A stretch of 64,000 bases of DNA from Promethearchaeota archaeon (lineage in GTDB: Archaea; Asgardarchaeota; Lokiarchaeia; Sigyniarchaeales; SOKP01): the NCBI GenBank assembly GCA_048938005.1, contig JBHLMQ010000004.1:66447-130446 (forward strand), given 5' to 3'. Within the stretch, counting starts at the first letter, position 1. Each line of letters begins with the position of its first letter. This document shows positions 29,762 to 40,461 of the stretch, one piece after another. The notes below the pieces were generated by a model. That model saw only the letters and a program-made list of their open reading frames with translations. It was not told where the DNA came from and did not search any database. The position numbers and the translations under genes are program-made.

Positions 29762-30955
29762 GTGTTTGAATTCAAAATGAAAGCTGTTGAATTATCCGCA
29801 GAATGGGATCCAAAGCCTAATTTTAAACTCGGATCTAAAGATATTGAAGGTAGATTAACATATTTAGGTTCACAAGTTTGGAGAAGTCCATTAGTTAATG
29901 TTATTGAAAAAGAAAAACCTCAAATTAAAGCTAATGAAGTATTAATTAAGGTAAAAAGATGTGGAATATGTGGATCCGACGTACATATGGCACAATCATA
30001 TGAAGATGGATATATTTATTATCCTGGTTTAACTGCTTTCCCTGTAACTCTCGGCCACGAGTTTGCTGGTGAAATTGTTGAGGTGGGAAGTCAAGCTATT
30101 GATAAAAGAACAGGAAAGCTTTATCAACCAGGAGAACCTGTGACTGTTGAAGAAATGGTTTGGTGTGGTGAATGTAAACCTTGTTGCGATGGCTATCCAA
30201 ATCATTGTGAAAGATTGCAAGAAATTGGTTTTTCGATTGATGGGGCTTATGCTGAATATATCAAAGTTCCTGCAAAATTATGTTGGAGTTTGAAGAAATT
30301 AGAAAAAAATTATGATGACGTTTTCAAAATCGGAAGTTTAGTAGAACCAACTTCAGTAGCATACAATGCAGTAATTGAAAGGGGAGGGGGAATACGCCCG
30401 GGTGAGAATGTAATTATTTTGGGAGCAGGTCCTATTGGATTAGCAGCATTAAAAATTTTAAAAAATGCAGGAGCAGCTGTATCTATTGTTTCGGAACCTG
30501 AAGAAAGCAGAACTTCCTTAGCAAAAAAAATGGGTGCTGATTATTTGATAAATCCTTTAAAGGAAGATTTTGTAGAAAAGGTAAAAAGTTATACTGATAA
30601 TGAGGGAGCAGCATTATATCTTGAAGCTACAGGATTACCACACATTGTAACAGATGATATCCAAAATGCAATATGGGAATGCAAAGCAGTTAATAGTACT
30701 GTAGTTATAGTTGCTAGGGCAGAGCAAAAAATGCCTGTATGCGGTGAATATTTACAAGTAAGGAGAGCTCGAATTGTAGGAGCCCAAGGTCATTCTGGTC
30801 ATGGTAATTTTCCGAATGTTATAAATTGTATGGCGGCTGGGATGGATATGACTCCAATAGTCACAAAAGAAATCTCTCTTGATGAAGTTCCCAAATATCT
30901 TAAAATTTTACAGACAGATAAAGTAAACTGTAAAATTTCAGTTAAAATAGCTTAA
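29762..30955 (+). CDS. iolM: scyllo-inosose 3-dehydrogenase (Zn-dependent MDR)
   Basis: CGICGSD, YPGLTAFPVTLGHE, GAQGHSGHG; iol context. Confidence 0.85.
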   Translation: MFEFKMKAVELSAEWDPKPNFKLGSKDIEGRLTYLGSQVWRSPLVNVIEKEKPQIKANEVLIKVKRCGICGSDVHMAQSYEDGYIYYPGLTAFPVTLGHEFAGEIVEVGSQAIDKRTGKLYQPGEPVTVEEMVWCGECKPCCDGYPNHCERLQEIGFSIDGAYAEYIKVPAKLCWSLKKLEKNYDDVFKIGSLVEPTSVAYNAVIERGGGIRPGENVIILGAGPIGLAALKILKNAGAAVSIVSEPEESRTSLAKKMGADYLINPLKEDFVEKVKSYTDNEGAALYLEATGLPHIVTDDIQNAIWECKAVNSTVVIVARAEQKMPVCGEYLQVRRARIVGAQGHSGHGNFPNVINCMAAGMDMTPIVTKEISLDEVPKYLKILQTDKVNCKISVKIA

Positions 30956-31083
30956 TGTTTCTTAAAATCAGTAACCTTTTATTATTGAAAGTTTTGATAA
31001 CAAGAAACAATCAAAACTTTTTTATATCATTTTTATCTATTTTTGTTATTCAAAAATTATAATTTTGGAAGAGAGCTGATATT

Positions 31084-31677
31084 ATGAATGAAAATAATTA
31101 TGAGGAAGAAGATATTGAGTTAGAGGAAGAAACTGAAAGTAGCGAACAAATTCTTGAAAAGCAGAAAAAGCAAGAAGAAATCACTTTAAAAAGAACTGAA
31201 GCTAGTAATTTTAAAACGCAACATCCAGAATCTTTAGAGATTATGGAAATTGAACCTTTTTACAGAAATCCGTTGACTAACATTATAGAAAGTGAGGATT
31301 TATACTACGTTCTTGTCGAATTGCCAGGACTAGACAAAAAAAATGTTAAAATTTCATTACAAAAAGGAATTTTAGAATTACTTGGTGAAAAAACAATAAA
31401 ATCTAAAGAGAAAAAGGAAGAGAAAAAGGAAAAAGAAAAGAAAGAAAAAAAAGATGAAAAGAAAGATAAAGACAAGAAAAAAGAAAAATATAAGGAAATA
31501 AAAGGTAACTATTTAAGGAGAGAAATTCGAACCACTAATTTCTTTAGATGTTTCCATTTACCTGAAGATATAACTCCTGAAGAAATTGATGCAAGCTTCA
31601 AAAATGGTATCCTAAAGTTAATAATCCCTAAAAAATCAGCAGTGATTAGTGAAAAAAAAGTAATAGAAATTAAATAA
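31084..31677 (+). CDS. Hsp20/alpha-crystallin protein with a K/E-rich insert
   Basis: VELPGLDK, A.FKNGIL.L.IPK. Confidence 0.9.
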   Translation: MNENNYEEEDIELEEETESSEQILEKQKKQEEITLKRTEASNFKTQHPESLEIMEIEPFYRNPLTNIIESEDLYYVLVELPGLDKKNVKISLQKGILELLGEKTIKSKEKKEEKKEKEKKEKKDEKKDKDKKKEKYKEIKGNYLRREIRTTNFFRCFHLPEDITPEEIDASFKNGILKLIIPKKSAVISEKKVIEIK

Positions 31678-31785
31678 ATTGAAACTTTAATTATAAAATT
31701 ATTATCTTGTTTTTTTTACTTGGTTTTCTTTTTATATTCTATTTAAAAAAGATAAAGATCTGGTTTTAAAACATATTCTTTAATA

Positions 31786-32598
31786 TCATAAAATTGCTCT
31801 AAGGTATTCAGATGAATCTTTAGCAACTTCCTCGAATGAGGGTTTCATAATTGTTTCAATTGATGCAAAACCATTATAGCCAGCATTTTTAAAAATACTT
31901 AAAAATGATCTAAAGTCAAAATGTCCTGAACCTGGAGCTCTACGTGTACAATCAGCTAAATGAATATGATATACATAGTCTGTAATTTCTTCCAGATATT
32001 CCCATATAAAACCGGGATCTTCTTCCAAATAAATATGGTAAGAATCAACTAATAATTTTAGACTTTCCGAATTTAATTCATTAATCAATTCTATGGATTC
32101 TGAAATGGTATTATACGAATCTATCTCAAATCTATTAATTGGTTCAAATAATAGAGTAACTTCTTTAATTTCTGCCAATCGACAACATACTTTTAAGGAA
32201 GATTTAATATTATTAATTTCCTTTTTATGACTACTTTCAAAATTATAACGTCCTCGAATTAATCCAATTATTACTTTTGATTGGGTTTCATGTGCAAAAT
32301 CGATATATTTTTGAATTCTTTCAATTGCTTTATTCCTTATTTGATCGTTTTGGTGCCCCAAAGAATACCCAAAACGAAGGTAAGTACTTCCCGTTCCAAT
32401 AGCAGAGATTTCAAAATCATAAGTATCCTTAATTTCGTTTATTTCCTTTGTATTAACTTTTTCAGGTTCAATAAGAGATAATTCTATTCCATCATATTTT
32501 AAAGGTTTTAAAAAATCACATAATCCTGCGAAATTCTTTAATATCTCGTTTTGATTACTTTTCGTTTCACTTAATCCGGAAACAATACTTAGCTTCAT
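31786..32598 (-). CDS. iolO: Sugar phosphate isomerase/epimerase, likely 5-keto-L-gluconate epimerase
   Basis: AIGTG, IIGLIRG, EPINRFE, D.YH, H.AD..RRAPG.GH. Confidence 0.75.
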   Translation of the reverse strand: MKLSIVSGLSETKSNQNEILKNFAGLCDFLKPLKYDGIELSLIEPEKVNTKEINEIKDTYDFEISAIGTGSTYLRFGYSLGHQNDQIRNKAIERIQKYIDFAHETQSKVIIGLIRGRYNFESSHKKEINNIKSSLKVCCRLAEIKEVTLLFEPINRFEIDSYNTISESIELINELNSESLKLLVDSYHIYLEEDPGFIWEYLEEITDYVYHIHLADCTRRAPGSGHFDFRSFLSIFKNAGYNGFASIETIMKPSFEEVAKDSSEYLRAIL

Positions 32599-32731
32599 AA
32601 TGGATTAATCAAATTTTCATAAAAATATGATTAGGATAGTTCTTTATTAATATAATAATATAGATCTATCATATTTTAAAATAGTAAAAAAAGTGAGATG
32701 AATTATCTTTAAAATAAGTTAAATAAATAAG

Positions 32732-33562
32732 GTGATCTTAAAAATGAAGAGTCAAATCATGACAAAATCTATTATGTCGTCTTTTTTCTTTGAAGATCCT
32801 AAAGTTAACGTCGTTGAAAGGGAAATAGAAAGAGTAAAAGTTAAATACTACTATTTCGAGTCAGAACTAAAATTAAAAACAGAAAAAAACCAAGTTCTCA
32901 ATGGGAGTTTACTATCGGGAAATGGAATTTTGTTTTATGAAGGGAATGAATTTGAATTAAATCAATTTGACATTTTCTTAATTCCTCCCGCAAAAAAATT
33001 CATTATTAAAGGGAAAAAAAATTCAAAATATAAAATTGTATTAATTTCAAGCCCTATAAAGAAGAAAGTGGATGCAAATTTTGATATTCAACAGTATAAC
33101 TTGAATATGTTCGTAACTCGAGGTGAGCCTAGTTCAAGTGAAAAAATGTCAACGTATAGAAGTGTATGGACAGCCTTTAAAAATGGTTTCTTTATGTCCG
33201 GTATAACTAATATTCCTAATGAATCTCTGAAAACAGGAGTGCTCACAAGTGTCAATTTAGAAAAGAATAAAGAGAAAGGAAGCATTGAAATTTACTCTCA
33301 TGTTCATCCGGAGTTTCCTGAATTGTATATTTTTCTTATTGATGATGAAAATTATGCTATTACACAATACTTAATCAATTCTAAAGCTCAATCTGTTTGT
33401 AAAGATCTCTCAAATGGAGGAGGATTATTTTTTCCTGGGCATTTAGGTCATATTAATTTTGCGAAACCTTATTATAAAGATTTAAATTATTGTTCTTATA
33501 TTTGGTTCATTCCAACTTTTGGTAAAAATCAAAAAATAGAACCAATTACTTTAAGAGTTTAA
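32732..33562 (+). CDS. Cupin-fold protein (IolB/KduI-like isomerase candidate)
   Basis: HVHPEFPELY and GH metal-binding motifs; located in the iol cluster. Confidence 0.5.
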   Translation: MILKMKSQIMTKSIMSSFFFEDPKVNVVEREIERVKVKYYYFESELKLKTEKNQVLNGSLLSGNGILFYEGNEFELNQFDIFLIPPAKKFIIKGKKNSKYKIVLISSPIKKKVDANFDIQQYNLNMFVTRGEPSSSEKMSTYRSVWTAFKNGFFMSGITNIPNESLKTGVLTSVNLEKNKEKGSIEIYSHVHPEFPELYIFLIDDENYAITQYLINSKAQSVCKDLSNGGGLFFPGHLGHINFAKPYYKDLNYCSYIWFIPTFGKNQKIEPITLRV

Positions 33563-33609
33563 ACTAATGGATCATTTTAATATATGTAAATAATTTTATG
33601 TGAAGTATT

Positions 33610-34581
33610 ATGAGTAAATGGGAATTACCTCCAAAAGAATTTGGTCATATGGATAAACCAAGTGGTATTTATCTTCAAACAATGTCCATTCTTGAAATAA
33701 ATGAACGGTTAAAAAAGAATGATGTTATTATCATTCCCTGTGGTTCTACTGAAAATCACGGACCAGCAGCTTGTATTGGAGAAGATACTTTTTTAGTAAC
33801 CCGAATGGCAGAATTAATAGCGCAGAAAACTGGATGCACTGTTGCTCAACCAATTTGGTATGGTTCACATCCCTATCACCATGTAGGAATGCCAGGAACT
33901 ATCATTGTCCCCGAAGAAACTTTTAAATCTCTATTAAGATCAGTAATGGCAGGATGCTGGAATATGGGTTTTAGGAAGATGATATTATTAAACGGACATG
34001 GTCAAGAATATGTTATTCCAAGCGCAATCCATGAATTTGCGAAAAACTATCAATTACCTATGCTAGTATGTAATGTTAATTGGTACCATGCAATTCCTCA
34101 ACATTGCATGGATCAAGAACATGGTGGTCCATTTGAAACGCCCTTTATTCATGCAGATGAAGCTGAAACCTCTTTCTCAATGAATTTATTTCCTGAAATG
34201 GTGAAAAAAATAGATTCATGTGAGGATAATGTCCCTGTAGGGTGGATGCCAGAGGGACATGTTGATAAAGCTGGAAATATATATCAAAAACCAATTAAAT
34301 GGTATGGACAAGTAGGATTTGGTCCTATCGAAGTATCTGCTTATCCAGAAGGTCATGTTGGGTGTCCTAGCAAAGCAACTTTTGAAAAAGGAAAACCTGG
34401 TATGGAAGCATTATTAGATTACTTAGAAAAACTTGTTAATGATATATTGAAAACATTTCCCCCAGGAAAGCTTCCTCCAACAGAGGGAATTACTCAACGA
34501 GATCCAAAAGAAATCGAACCTTATATTAAAGGTCCTTTAAATGGAGGGAAGAGTATCTATGAATTGAGATATCCTCCTTAA
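33610..34581 (+). CDS. iolN: 3-dehydro-scyllo-inosose hydrolase (creatininase family)
   Basis: GSTENHG..GED, NGHGQE, TPFIHADEAETS. Confidence 0.85.
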   Translation: MSKWELPPKEFGHMDKPSGIYLQTMSILEINERLKKNDVIIIPCGSTENHGPAACIGEDTFLVTRMAELIAQKTGCTVAQPIWYGSHPYHHVGMPGTIIVPEETFKSLLRSVMAGCWNMGFRKMILLNGHGQEYVIPSAIHEFAKNYQLPMLVCNVNWYHAIPQHCMDQEHGGPFETPFIHADEAETSFSMNLFPEMVKKIDSCEDNVPVGWMPEGHVDKAGNIYQKPIKWYGQVGFGPIEVSAYPEGHVGCPSKATFEKGKPGMEALLDYLEKLVNDILKTFPPGKLPPTEGITQRDPKEIEPYIKGPLNGGKSIYELRYPP

Positions 34582-34641
34582 ATTCTTAATACCTTTTTTT
34601 ACTTTTTATAGATAAAATTTAAAAAAAATAATAGATATTGC

Positions 34642-35136
34642 TTATATTTGAGCACCACAATATGCACAATATTGTGCTGCTTCTTTTGTTATAGGCGTTC
34701 CACAATTAGAACAATATTTTGCTCGTTCTTCTGAAACTACTTCTTTTTGTTGTATCGATAAATGTTTAATCTGTCCTGTAGTTGTATTAAATTTACCTCG
34801 TAATTGACCAGAGGCTTTTAAGTCTAAAATTATAGCATTAATATCCTTTCGTGAAATTCCTGTACTTCTACTGACGTCATCTACAGTACACTCTGGATTT
34901 TCTTGAAATTCTGCTAAAACAACATTTCTTAGTTTACTTCTATTAGTTAATGCAAATATTTGACTAACTAAAATCGCAATCCCTATTCCAGTTGATATAA
35001 ATCCCCACCATGACCATGCATCCCAAGGGATAAATGATTGAATCCCCCAATAAAGAAAAGCACCAGCGATTATTAGCGCACAAATAGAGAAACCTTCAGA
35101 ATATTGATTTCTTTCATATTTCATATTAAATCCCAA
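34642..35136 (-). CDS. Membrane protein with HTH-like and double zinc-ribbon domains
   Basis: Two TM helices, C-terminal CSNCG...CAYCG. Confidence 0.7.
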   Translation of the reverse strand: MGFNMKYERNQYSEGFSICALIIAGAFLYWGIQSFIPWDAWSWWGFISTGIGIAILVSQIFALTNRSKLRNVVLAEFQENPECTVDDVSRSTGISRKDINAIILDLKASGQLRGKFNTTTGQIKHLSIQQKEVVSEERAKYCSNCGTPITKEAAQYCAYCGAQI

Positions 35137-35279
35137 AAATTATTGACACATATTTTAGATAGTTTTAACTAAATATTTGTTAAGATATTTATTAAAAGCA
35201 TATATTTCATATAGATGCTTATAATTTATATAAAATGCTCTTTTGAAATATAATAAAAAAAAGTACCAACCAAAATTAT

Positions 35280-35636
35280 TCAATTTGTTATTATACATTT
35301 ATTTATTATTTTAAAAATTTGAGAGAAATCGAGTTGGTCCTCTGTTAAAGTTATAATAATGTTACCCAAAATTTTAACTGAAAGTATAAAAAAGTTATCT
35401 GAATGGATTACATTAAAATCTGGGCTATGAATTCCAATTTCTGAGGCAATTTCTTCAGCTAACTCGTATAATTGGGACATATTTAATCCTATTGATGTTT
35501 TGTTGAACTCTTGATTAATATAAGATTTAATCACAGCCCCATTTTCAGAAGTAATTAAAATAAAATATAACCCAGACTCTCCGAATTCCTTAATTAAGCT
35601 ATCAAGTACTAAATCTGGGGATAAAATAACACTCAT
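35280..35636 (-). CDS. Roadblock/LC7-like protein
   Basis: ILITSENGAVIKS; size and strand/helix pattern fit. Confidence 0.55.
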   Translation of the reverse strand: MSVILSPDLVLDSLIKEFGESGLYFILITSENGAVIKSYINQEFNKTSIGLNMSQLYELAEEIASEIGIHSPDFNVIHSDNFFILSVKILGNIIITLTEDQLDFSQIFKIINKCIITN

Positions 35637-35814
35637 TATGATATAATTTATTGGTTTTTTAATATATAATTTTGGGTAAAAACTGAATTCTTAACTTGAA
35701 AGTTCGATTCTTCAAAAATTAATGTTCATCATACTAGGTCTTATAAGTTTTTTTAATTTTGATATAGAAAATTAAAAAAAGTAAAAATTCTCTCGTTTTT
35801 AAATAAAATAGGGA

Positions 35815-35889
35815 TGGGCCTGGGAGGATTCGAACCCCCGACATCCCAGTCCGAAGCCGGGCACCCTATCCAGACTAGATTACAGGCCC
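35815..35889 (-). tRNA. tRNA-Arg(TCG), no intron
   Basis: GGGCCTG/CAGGCCC acceptor, CCCGG-CTTCGGA-CTGGG anticodon arm, TTCGAAT T-loop. Confidence 0.95.
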
Positions 35890-36028
35890 TAAAATTAAAT
35901 TCTAAAAATTTGTAGATCATATTATTTTCATTCATTATTTCTAAAAAATCTTATTGTATTATGAATAGCGGACTTATTTATGATTTCTTGAATATAATGA
36001 AGAAAAAATGGGAAAAATCTTAAATAGT

Positions 36029-36457
36029 CTATTTTTTAAAACCGTTATCTAAATATTTTAAAAACATACGAAATAGTTTTGTGAATCTTAGACCTTGGGA
36101 GAGATCTCCATCAACTTTTATTTTGCCTTTCATAAAAGCATCAGTTCCGGACATCTCACGCTTAAGAATTTTTACTAATATATTATTTGGATACTTAACT
36201 CTAAACGATGCGCTTCTGTTAATTCCTTTTTTGTATAAAATTGTCCCATTATTTACTTTAAGCCAAAAATTAAAATTAATATCTTTAAGGATGATTTGAT
36301 ATATATCATCATAATCTATTATTTCTTCTCGTAATTCTTCAGTATTACTGATAATGATAACTGCAAATTTAATGACTTTATCTAAAGTATCAATAAATTC
36401 ACCCTCTTTGTTTTCTAATTCATGAATGACCGAACTGAAAGGCTTTGAATTAAGCAT
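36029..36457 (-). CDS. SCP2 sterol/lipid-binding domain protein
   Basis: AFMKGKIKVDGDL. Confidence 0.85.
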   Translation of the reverse strand: MLNSKPFSSVIHELENKEGEFIDTLDKVIKFAVIIISNTEELREEIIDYDDIYQIILKDINFNFWLKVNNGTILYKKGINRSASFRVKYPNNILVKILKREMSGTDAFMKGKIKVDGDLSQGLRFTKLFRMFLKYLDNGFKK

Positions 36458-36632
36458 AGCAATATACTTGTTAATAATTCAAATATAATATATTATATAC
36501 CTAAATATTCCTTATAATCTACATTGTCTTTAATCAATATAAATCTTTCTAATAGATGCAATAGCAAGCTATTCAAAATAAAATTTTTAAATTCTCATTT
36601 ATTCCTTTGCTTATATAAATAGTTTTTTTAAA

Positions 36633-36740
36633 GCCCACATAGTGTAGTCCGGTCTAGCATTCGGGACTGTCACTCCTGTCCGATATCAGAACCTCCGAAC
36701 GGGGAGACCGACGCGGGTTCAAATCCCGCTGTGGGCGCCA
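36633..36740 (+). tRNA. tRNA-Asp(GTC) with a 30-nt intron at 43/44 (36679-36708) and encoded CCA
   Basis: GCCCACA/TGTGGGC acceptor; BHB helix CTCC/GGAG with bulges TGT and ACC. Confidence 0.93.
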
Positions 36741-36887
36741 TTCTAACTTTAACTAACTTAAATATTAAAGTATTTACTTTTTTATAAAATTTGAAAATAA
36801 GATAACTAAATGTAAAAAATTAAAAGTTATAAAAAAAAAGAGATGTTTAAATGAAATATACTAAATAGAGAGGTTAAATTAATTTTA

Positions 36888-37334
36888 TTATAAATCTTCT
36901 ACAAGATCTTCATAAGCTTCTAAAGCTAATTCTATAATCTCCTGGAAAGCCATAGCATCTTGGAGGTTGCCCTCAACAGTGATATCTCCTGCCATATATG
37001 CAGAAGTTGCATCTACCTCCCCTAATAGAATACCTGCACCGACTTCGAGCGTCGAGGACATAGTGAATGAAGGATTATCAACATCTCCTTCTCCATAATC
37101 AAGAACTCCATCTTTAACGGTCATCCAAGTTTTCTTATCTGCGTCAGTGACTATGAGCTGGATGGCTATATCCATATCTTCAAGTTCTTCTTTTAGATCT
37201 TCATTCTCAAGAGAAATTTGTTTAATAAACTCATACATCTTCAAAAGATTATCGGCGCTAGCTGAAGCAGCTCCTGCTTCTTGAATTGCTTTTAATTCCT
37301 TTAATAAGGATTCATCAACCATTTTAATTTTCAA
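36888..37334 (-). CDS. SCP2 sterol/lipid-binding domain protein
   Basis: AYMAGDITVEGNL. Confidence 0.85.
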   Translation of the reverse strand: MKIKMVDESLLKELKAIQEAGAASASADNLLKMYEFIKQISLENEDLKEELEDMDIAIQLIVTDADKKTWMTVKDGVLDYGEGDVDNPSFTMSSTLEVGAGILLGEVDATSAYMAGDITVEGNLQDAMAFQEIIELALEAYEDLVEDL

Positions 37335-37400
37335 CCTTCTTTTATAATTTTATTGCTAATTTTAAAAATTGTTTAAGAATATATAGAATAAAATAACATA

Positions 37401-37438
37401 TATAAAAAGGTTTTATTTCTATAAAAAGGTTTTATTTC
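37401..37438. repeat. 19-bp tandem duplication in a promoter region
   Basis: TATAAAAAGGTTTTATTTC x2. Confidence 0.8.
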
Positions 37439-37641
37439 TTCTTTTTATTATACAGAATACAATAAGCTTGAATACAAGAAAGAAATGAATTTAAAACCTA
37501 ATATTGTGTTATACATGTATTATTAAACCTTAAAATCTCCTTTTAAAAAATTAAATTAGTTAATGCAAAAAATTAAATCTTGGTATTCTTTTTAATTTCT
37601 AAAATTACTATAATAACAAAATTAGGAGTTTTACCAAAGGA

Positions 37642-38259
37642 ATGATTATGGATAAATTATATATAGTAACCAGCAATTTGATTAATCAACAATTCTATAA
37701 AGCTGGGACTGACATAATCATTGGGCGAACACCTGAGGTTTCATTAAAGATAAGGAAATCTGGACAAATAATAAAAAAATTTAAAGATTTATTTAATCAA
37801 AATCTGCAATTATTCTTAGATGGCAAATATCTTAAATTTCTTAACCTGTTTAAGAAAATAAAAGGGATGGATGAAAATTATATAAGAGAAATTTATCAAG
37901 ACCTCCAGCTTAAGTTTGAAACTTTAGGAGATGCTGAAAACATTAATACTGTAATTATATACTCACTTGTTTTAAATTCTCTAATTTCAAGCATCCGAGA
38001 TATTAATTTTGGAGAATCCATCAAACAGATAAAGCAGCGCATAAAAAATAAGTCAAGAATTAGTGACAACAAGATTCAAGAGGAATTAGACAAACTTTTC
38101 ATGAAAAATGATGACAATGTTTCAATATTATATAATATTTCTTACCTCGACACCTTAGCGGAATCGTTTAATTATAAAAAGGTTGCTCACATTTGTAAGA
38201 TTCAGAAAAGTAAATACATAAACAAAATTGTAAATTTGATCCTATCTTCAAGTAAATAG
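37642..38259 (+). CDS. Hypothetical protein
   Basis: 205-aa ORF preceded by GGAG; no recognised motif. Confidence 0.7.
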   Translation: MIMDKLYIVTSNLINQQFYKAGTDIIIGRTPEVSLKIRKSGQIIKKFKDLFNQNLQLFLDGKYLKFLNLFKKIKGMDENYIREIYQDLQLKFETLGDAENINTVIIYSLVLNSLISSIRDINFGESIKQIKQRIKNKSRISDNKIQEELDKLFMKNDDNVSILYNISYLDTLAESFNYKKVAHICKIQKSKYINKIVNLILSSSK

Positions 38260-38290
38260 TAAAAAGTTTTTAACCTAAATTTTTTTAACT

Positions 38291-39046
38291 TCATACTAAA
38301 TTTTCAACTAAAATATCAGCAAGATTTATTAAGACTAAATTTCTTAATTCTTGGTCATACAATCTTACTCTATCTGATAACTCAATTTGCATCGCTTGAC
38401 TTTTAGATTTGAGATGAGAGGCACCATATCGCCGTGTTATATAACCTCCAGTTAAAACATATTCTTTTCTTCTGGGATGCCCAGGAGCAATTGATATACC
38501 TAAATTAAGAAGTTTTTGAATTATTTTTCCACGAATGTTTTTTTCCCAATCTTTTTTTGGAACTGGTTTAGGAAAAATTGAATTTAAGTTGTCCGTACCC
38601 AAAATCAATTCGACATCTCGAAAACCCGGAGGACGATCATCCTTTTCAAACCCATGTATATCAATAAGGAGCGAACAATCAAAATTCTCCAAATTATAAT
38701 TTATTAATTTTTGAATTGTATTATGGTAAAAATGATAGATTTCTCTGGCAATATCTGAAGCTTTATAATATGCTTCATTTTCATCTCTATTCAAGTCAAC
38801 TTTACTACGACGAATCTTTGAAAAAATATAAGAAGGAGATTTTAATTTTGATTTTTTTTTTTTAAATTTCATTATTATAAGTTCAATTAAATTCTTTGCA
38901 AATTCTACCGTTCCTCTATCAATTCCTAAAACACCAGTAGATCTTTCTGGAATCATTTCACACTCTAATAGTCCGCCATGAGGTACAGAAACAATTAAAG
39001 GTAGAGTGCCTTTTTCGAATTCTAAATATTCTCTAAGTTCTAACAT
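38291..39046 (-). CDS. N-formylglutamate amidohydrolase-like protein
   Basis: SVPHGG, R..VDLNR, LLIDIHG, GGYIT..Y, A.QIE. Confidence 0.85.
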   Translation of the reverse strand: MLELREYLEFEKGTLPLIVSVPHGGLLECEMIPERSTGVLGIDRGTVEFAKNLIELIIMKFKKKKSKLKSPSYIFSKIRRSKVDLNRDENEAYYKASDIAREIYHFYHNTIQKLINYNLENFDCSLLIDIHGFEKDDRPPGFRDVELILGTDNLNSIFPKPVPKKDWEKNIRGKIIQKLLNLGISIAPGHPRRKEYVLTGGYITRRYGASHLKSKSQAMQIELSDRVRLYDQELRNLVLINLADILVENLV

Positions 39047-39168
39047 ACTTTTATTAAATTTACATTAAAGCAATTCAATTTTATCAATTTTAAAATAATA
39101 ATAAAAAAATTAACATAACATTATATATTATCGGATAATTGATAATTAGATAATCTCAGGTATTATTC

Positions 39169-40455
39169 TTGAAAGAAATTGCTTTTGTAATTTATTATCA
39201 TAAACATAACTTCTATAGTCTAAATGCTATAGTAGGTGCACTTGAAACAGATAAAATATTTGAAAGTATTGATTTTCATTTTTTTAGACTTAAGAAGGAA
39301 CTTGTAAAGAATCTTGAATATATTACCCAAAATTATAATAAGATAATTGTTGGCATATCCTTTTTCACAACACAACTTTTTGAAACGTATGATTTAATAA
39401 AGACAGTGAGATCTAAATATGGTAAAAAATGCTTGTATATTGCTGGAGGATCTCATCCAACAGGAGATCCGTATGGTACTCTTAGAATGGGTTTTGATAT
39501 AGTTATGATCGGTGAAGGGGAAGAAACAATAATAGAACTCATGCAAAAACTCAAGGCTAATGAAAATCTTAGCAGTATAAAAGGTATTGCATCTATAAAT
39601 CAAGATGAAGAATATATTTTCACAGGAAAACGAAATTTAATTAATTTGGATAAATTCCCACCATTCCCTATAAAAAATACTAGATTTGGAGCAATTGAAA
39701 TAACACGTGGTTGTCCATATGTATGCTACTTTTGTCAGACACCCTATATTTTAGGTACGAGACCTAGGCATAGGAATGTTGATGTTATATGTAAGTATGT
39801 TGAAGAATTGAAAAATTATTATGGAGATTTCACAGATATCAGATTTATAACTCCAAACGCTTTTTCATATGGTTCAGAAGATGGAAAAAACTTGAATTTA
39901 GAAAAGCTTGAAAATTTACTTTCCAATATTAGAGAAATTATCGGTCAAAAAGGACGTATTTTCTTAGGAACTTTTCCATCAGAAGTACGTCCAGAGCATG
40001 TTAATAATGATACCTTAGAATTAGTTTTAAAATATGCTGATAATAACAATATCACTATTGGAGCACAATCAGGGAGCCAAAGAATTTTGGATTTATGTCA
40101 TAGAGGACATACTATTGCTGATATAAATAAAGCAGTTGATTTAGCATTTAAGAGAGACCTTAAAGCTAATGTTGATTTTATTTTTGGATTACCTGGAGAA
40201 AGAAATGAAGATGTAAAACTTACAATTAATATGATGAGAGAATTGTCTAATAAGGGTGCAAGGATACATGCTCACTCATTTATTCCTTTACCTCAAACCC
40301 CTTTTGCAAATGAATCAGTAAAAAGAATAGATGAACTTTATAATAAAGAAATTAAAAAATTAATCTCAAAAGGATTTGCATTTGGAGATTGGAAGAAACA
40401 AGAAAGAATAGCAATAAAAATTTCTAACTATATGAAAAAAATTAAATCAAGATAA
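39169..40455 (+). CDS. B12-binding domain radical SAM protein
   Basis: GGSHPT, GEGE, EITRGCPYVCYFCQTP, FPSEVRPE. Confidence 0.9.
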   Translation: MKEIAFVIYYHKHNFYSLNAIVGALETDKIFESIDFHFFRLKKELVKNLEYITQNYNKIIVGISFFTTQLFETYDLIKTVRSKYGKKCLYIAGGSHPTGDPYGTLRMGFDIVMIGEGEETIIELMQKLKANENLSSIKGIASINQDEEYIFTGKRNLINLDKFPPFPIKNTRFGAIEITRGCPYVCYFCQTPYILGTRPRHRNVDVICKYVEELKNYYGDFTDIRFITPNAFSYGSEDGKNLNLEKLENLLSNIREIIGQKGRIFLGTFPSEVRPEHVNNDTLELVLKYADNNNITIGAQSGSQRILDLCHRGHTIADINKAVDLAFKRDLKANVDFIFGLPGERNEDVKLTINMMRELSNKGARIHAHSFIPLPQTPFANESVKRIDELYNKEIKKLISKGFAFGDWKKQERIAIKISNYMKKIKSR

Positions 40456-40461
40456 AAATGT

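Noticed and set aside
31400-31500. A-rich low-complexity tract in hsp20 as a repeat array or intron
   Set aside because: In-frame K/E/D coding insert with no BHB and no regular repeat unit
35753-35935. 60-aa ORF
   Set aside because: It reads through tRNA-Arg
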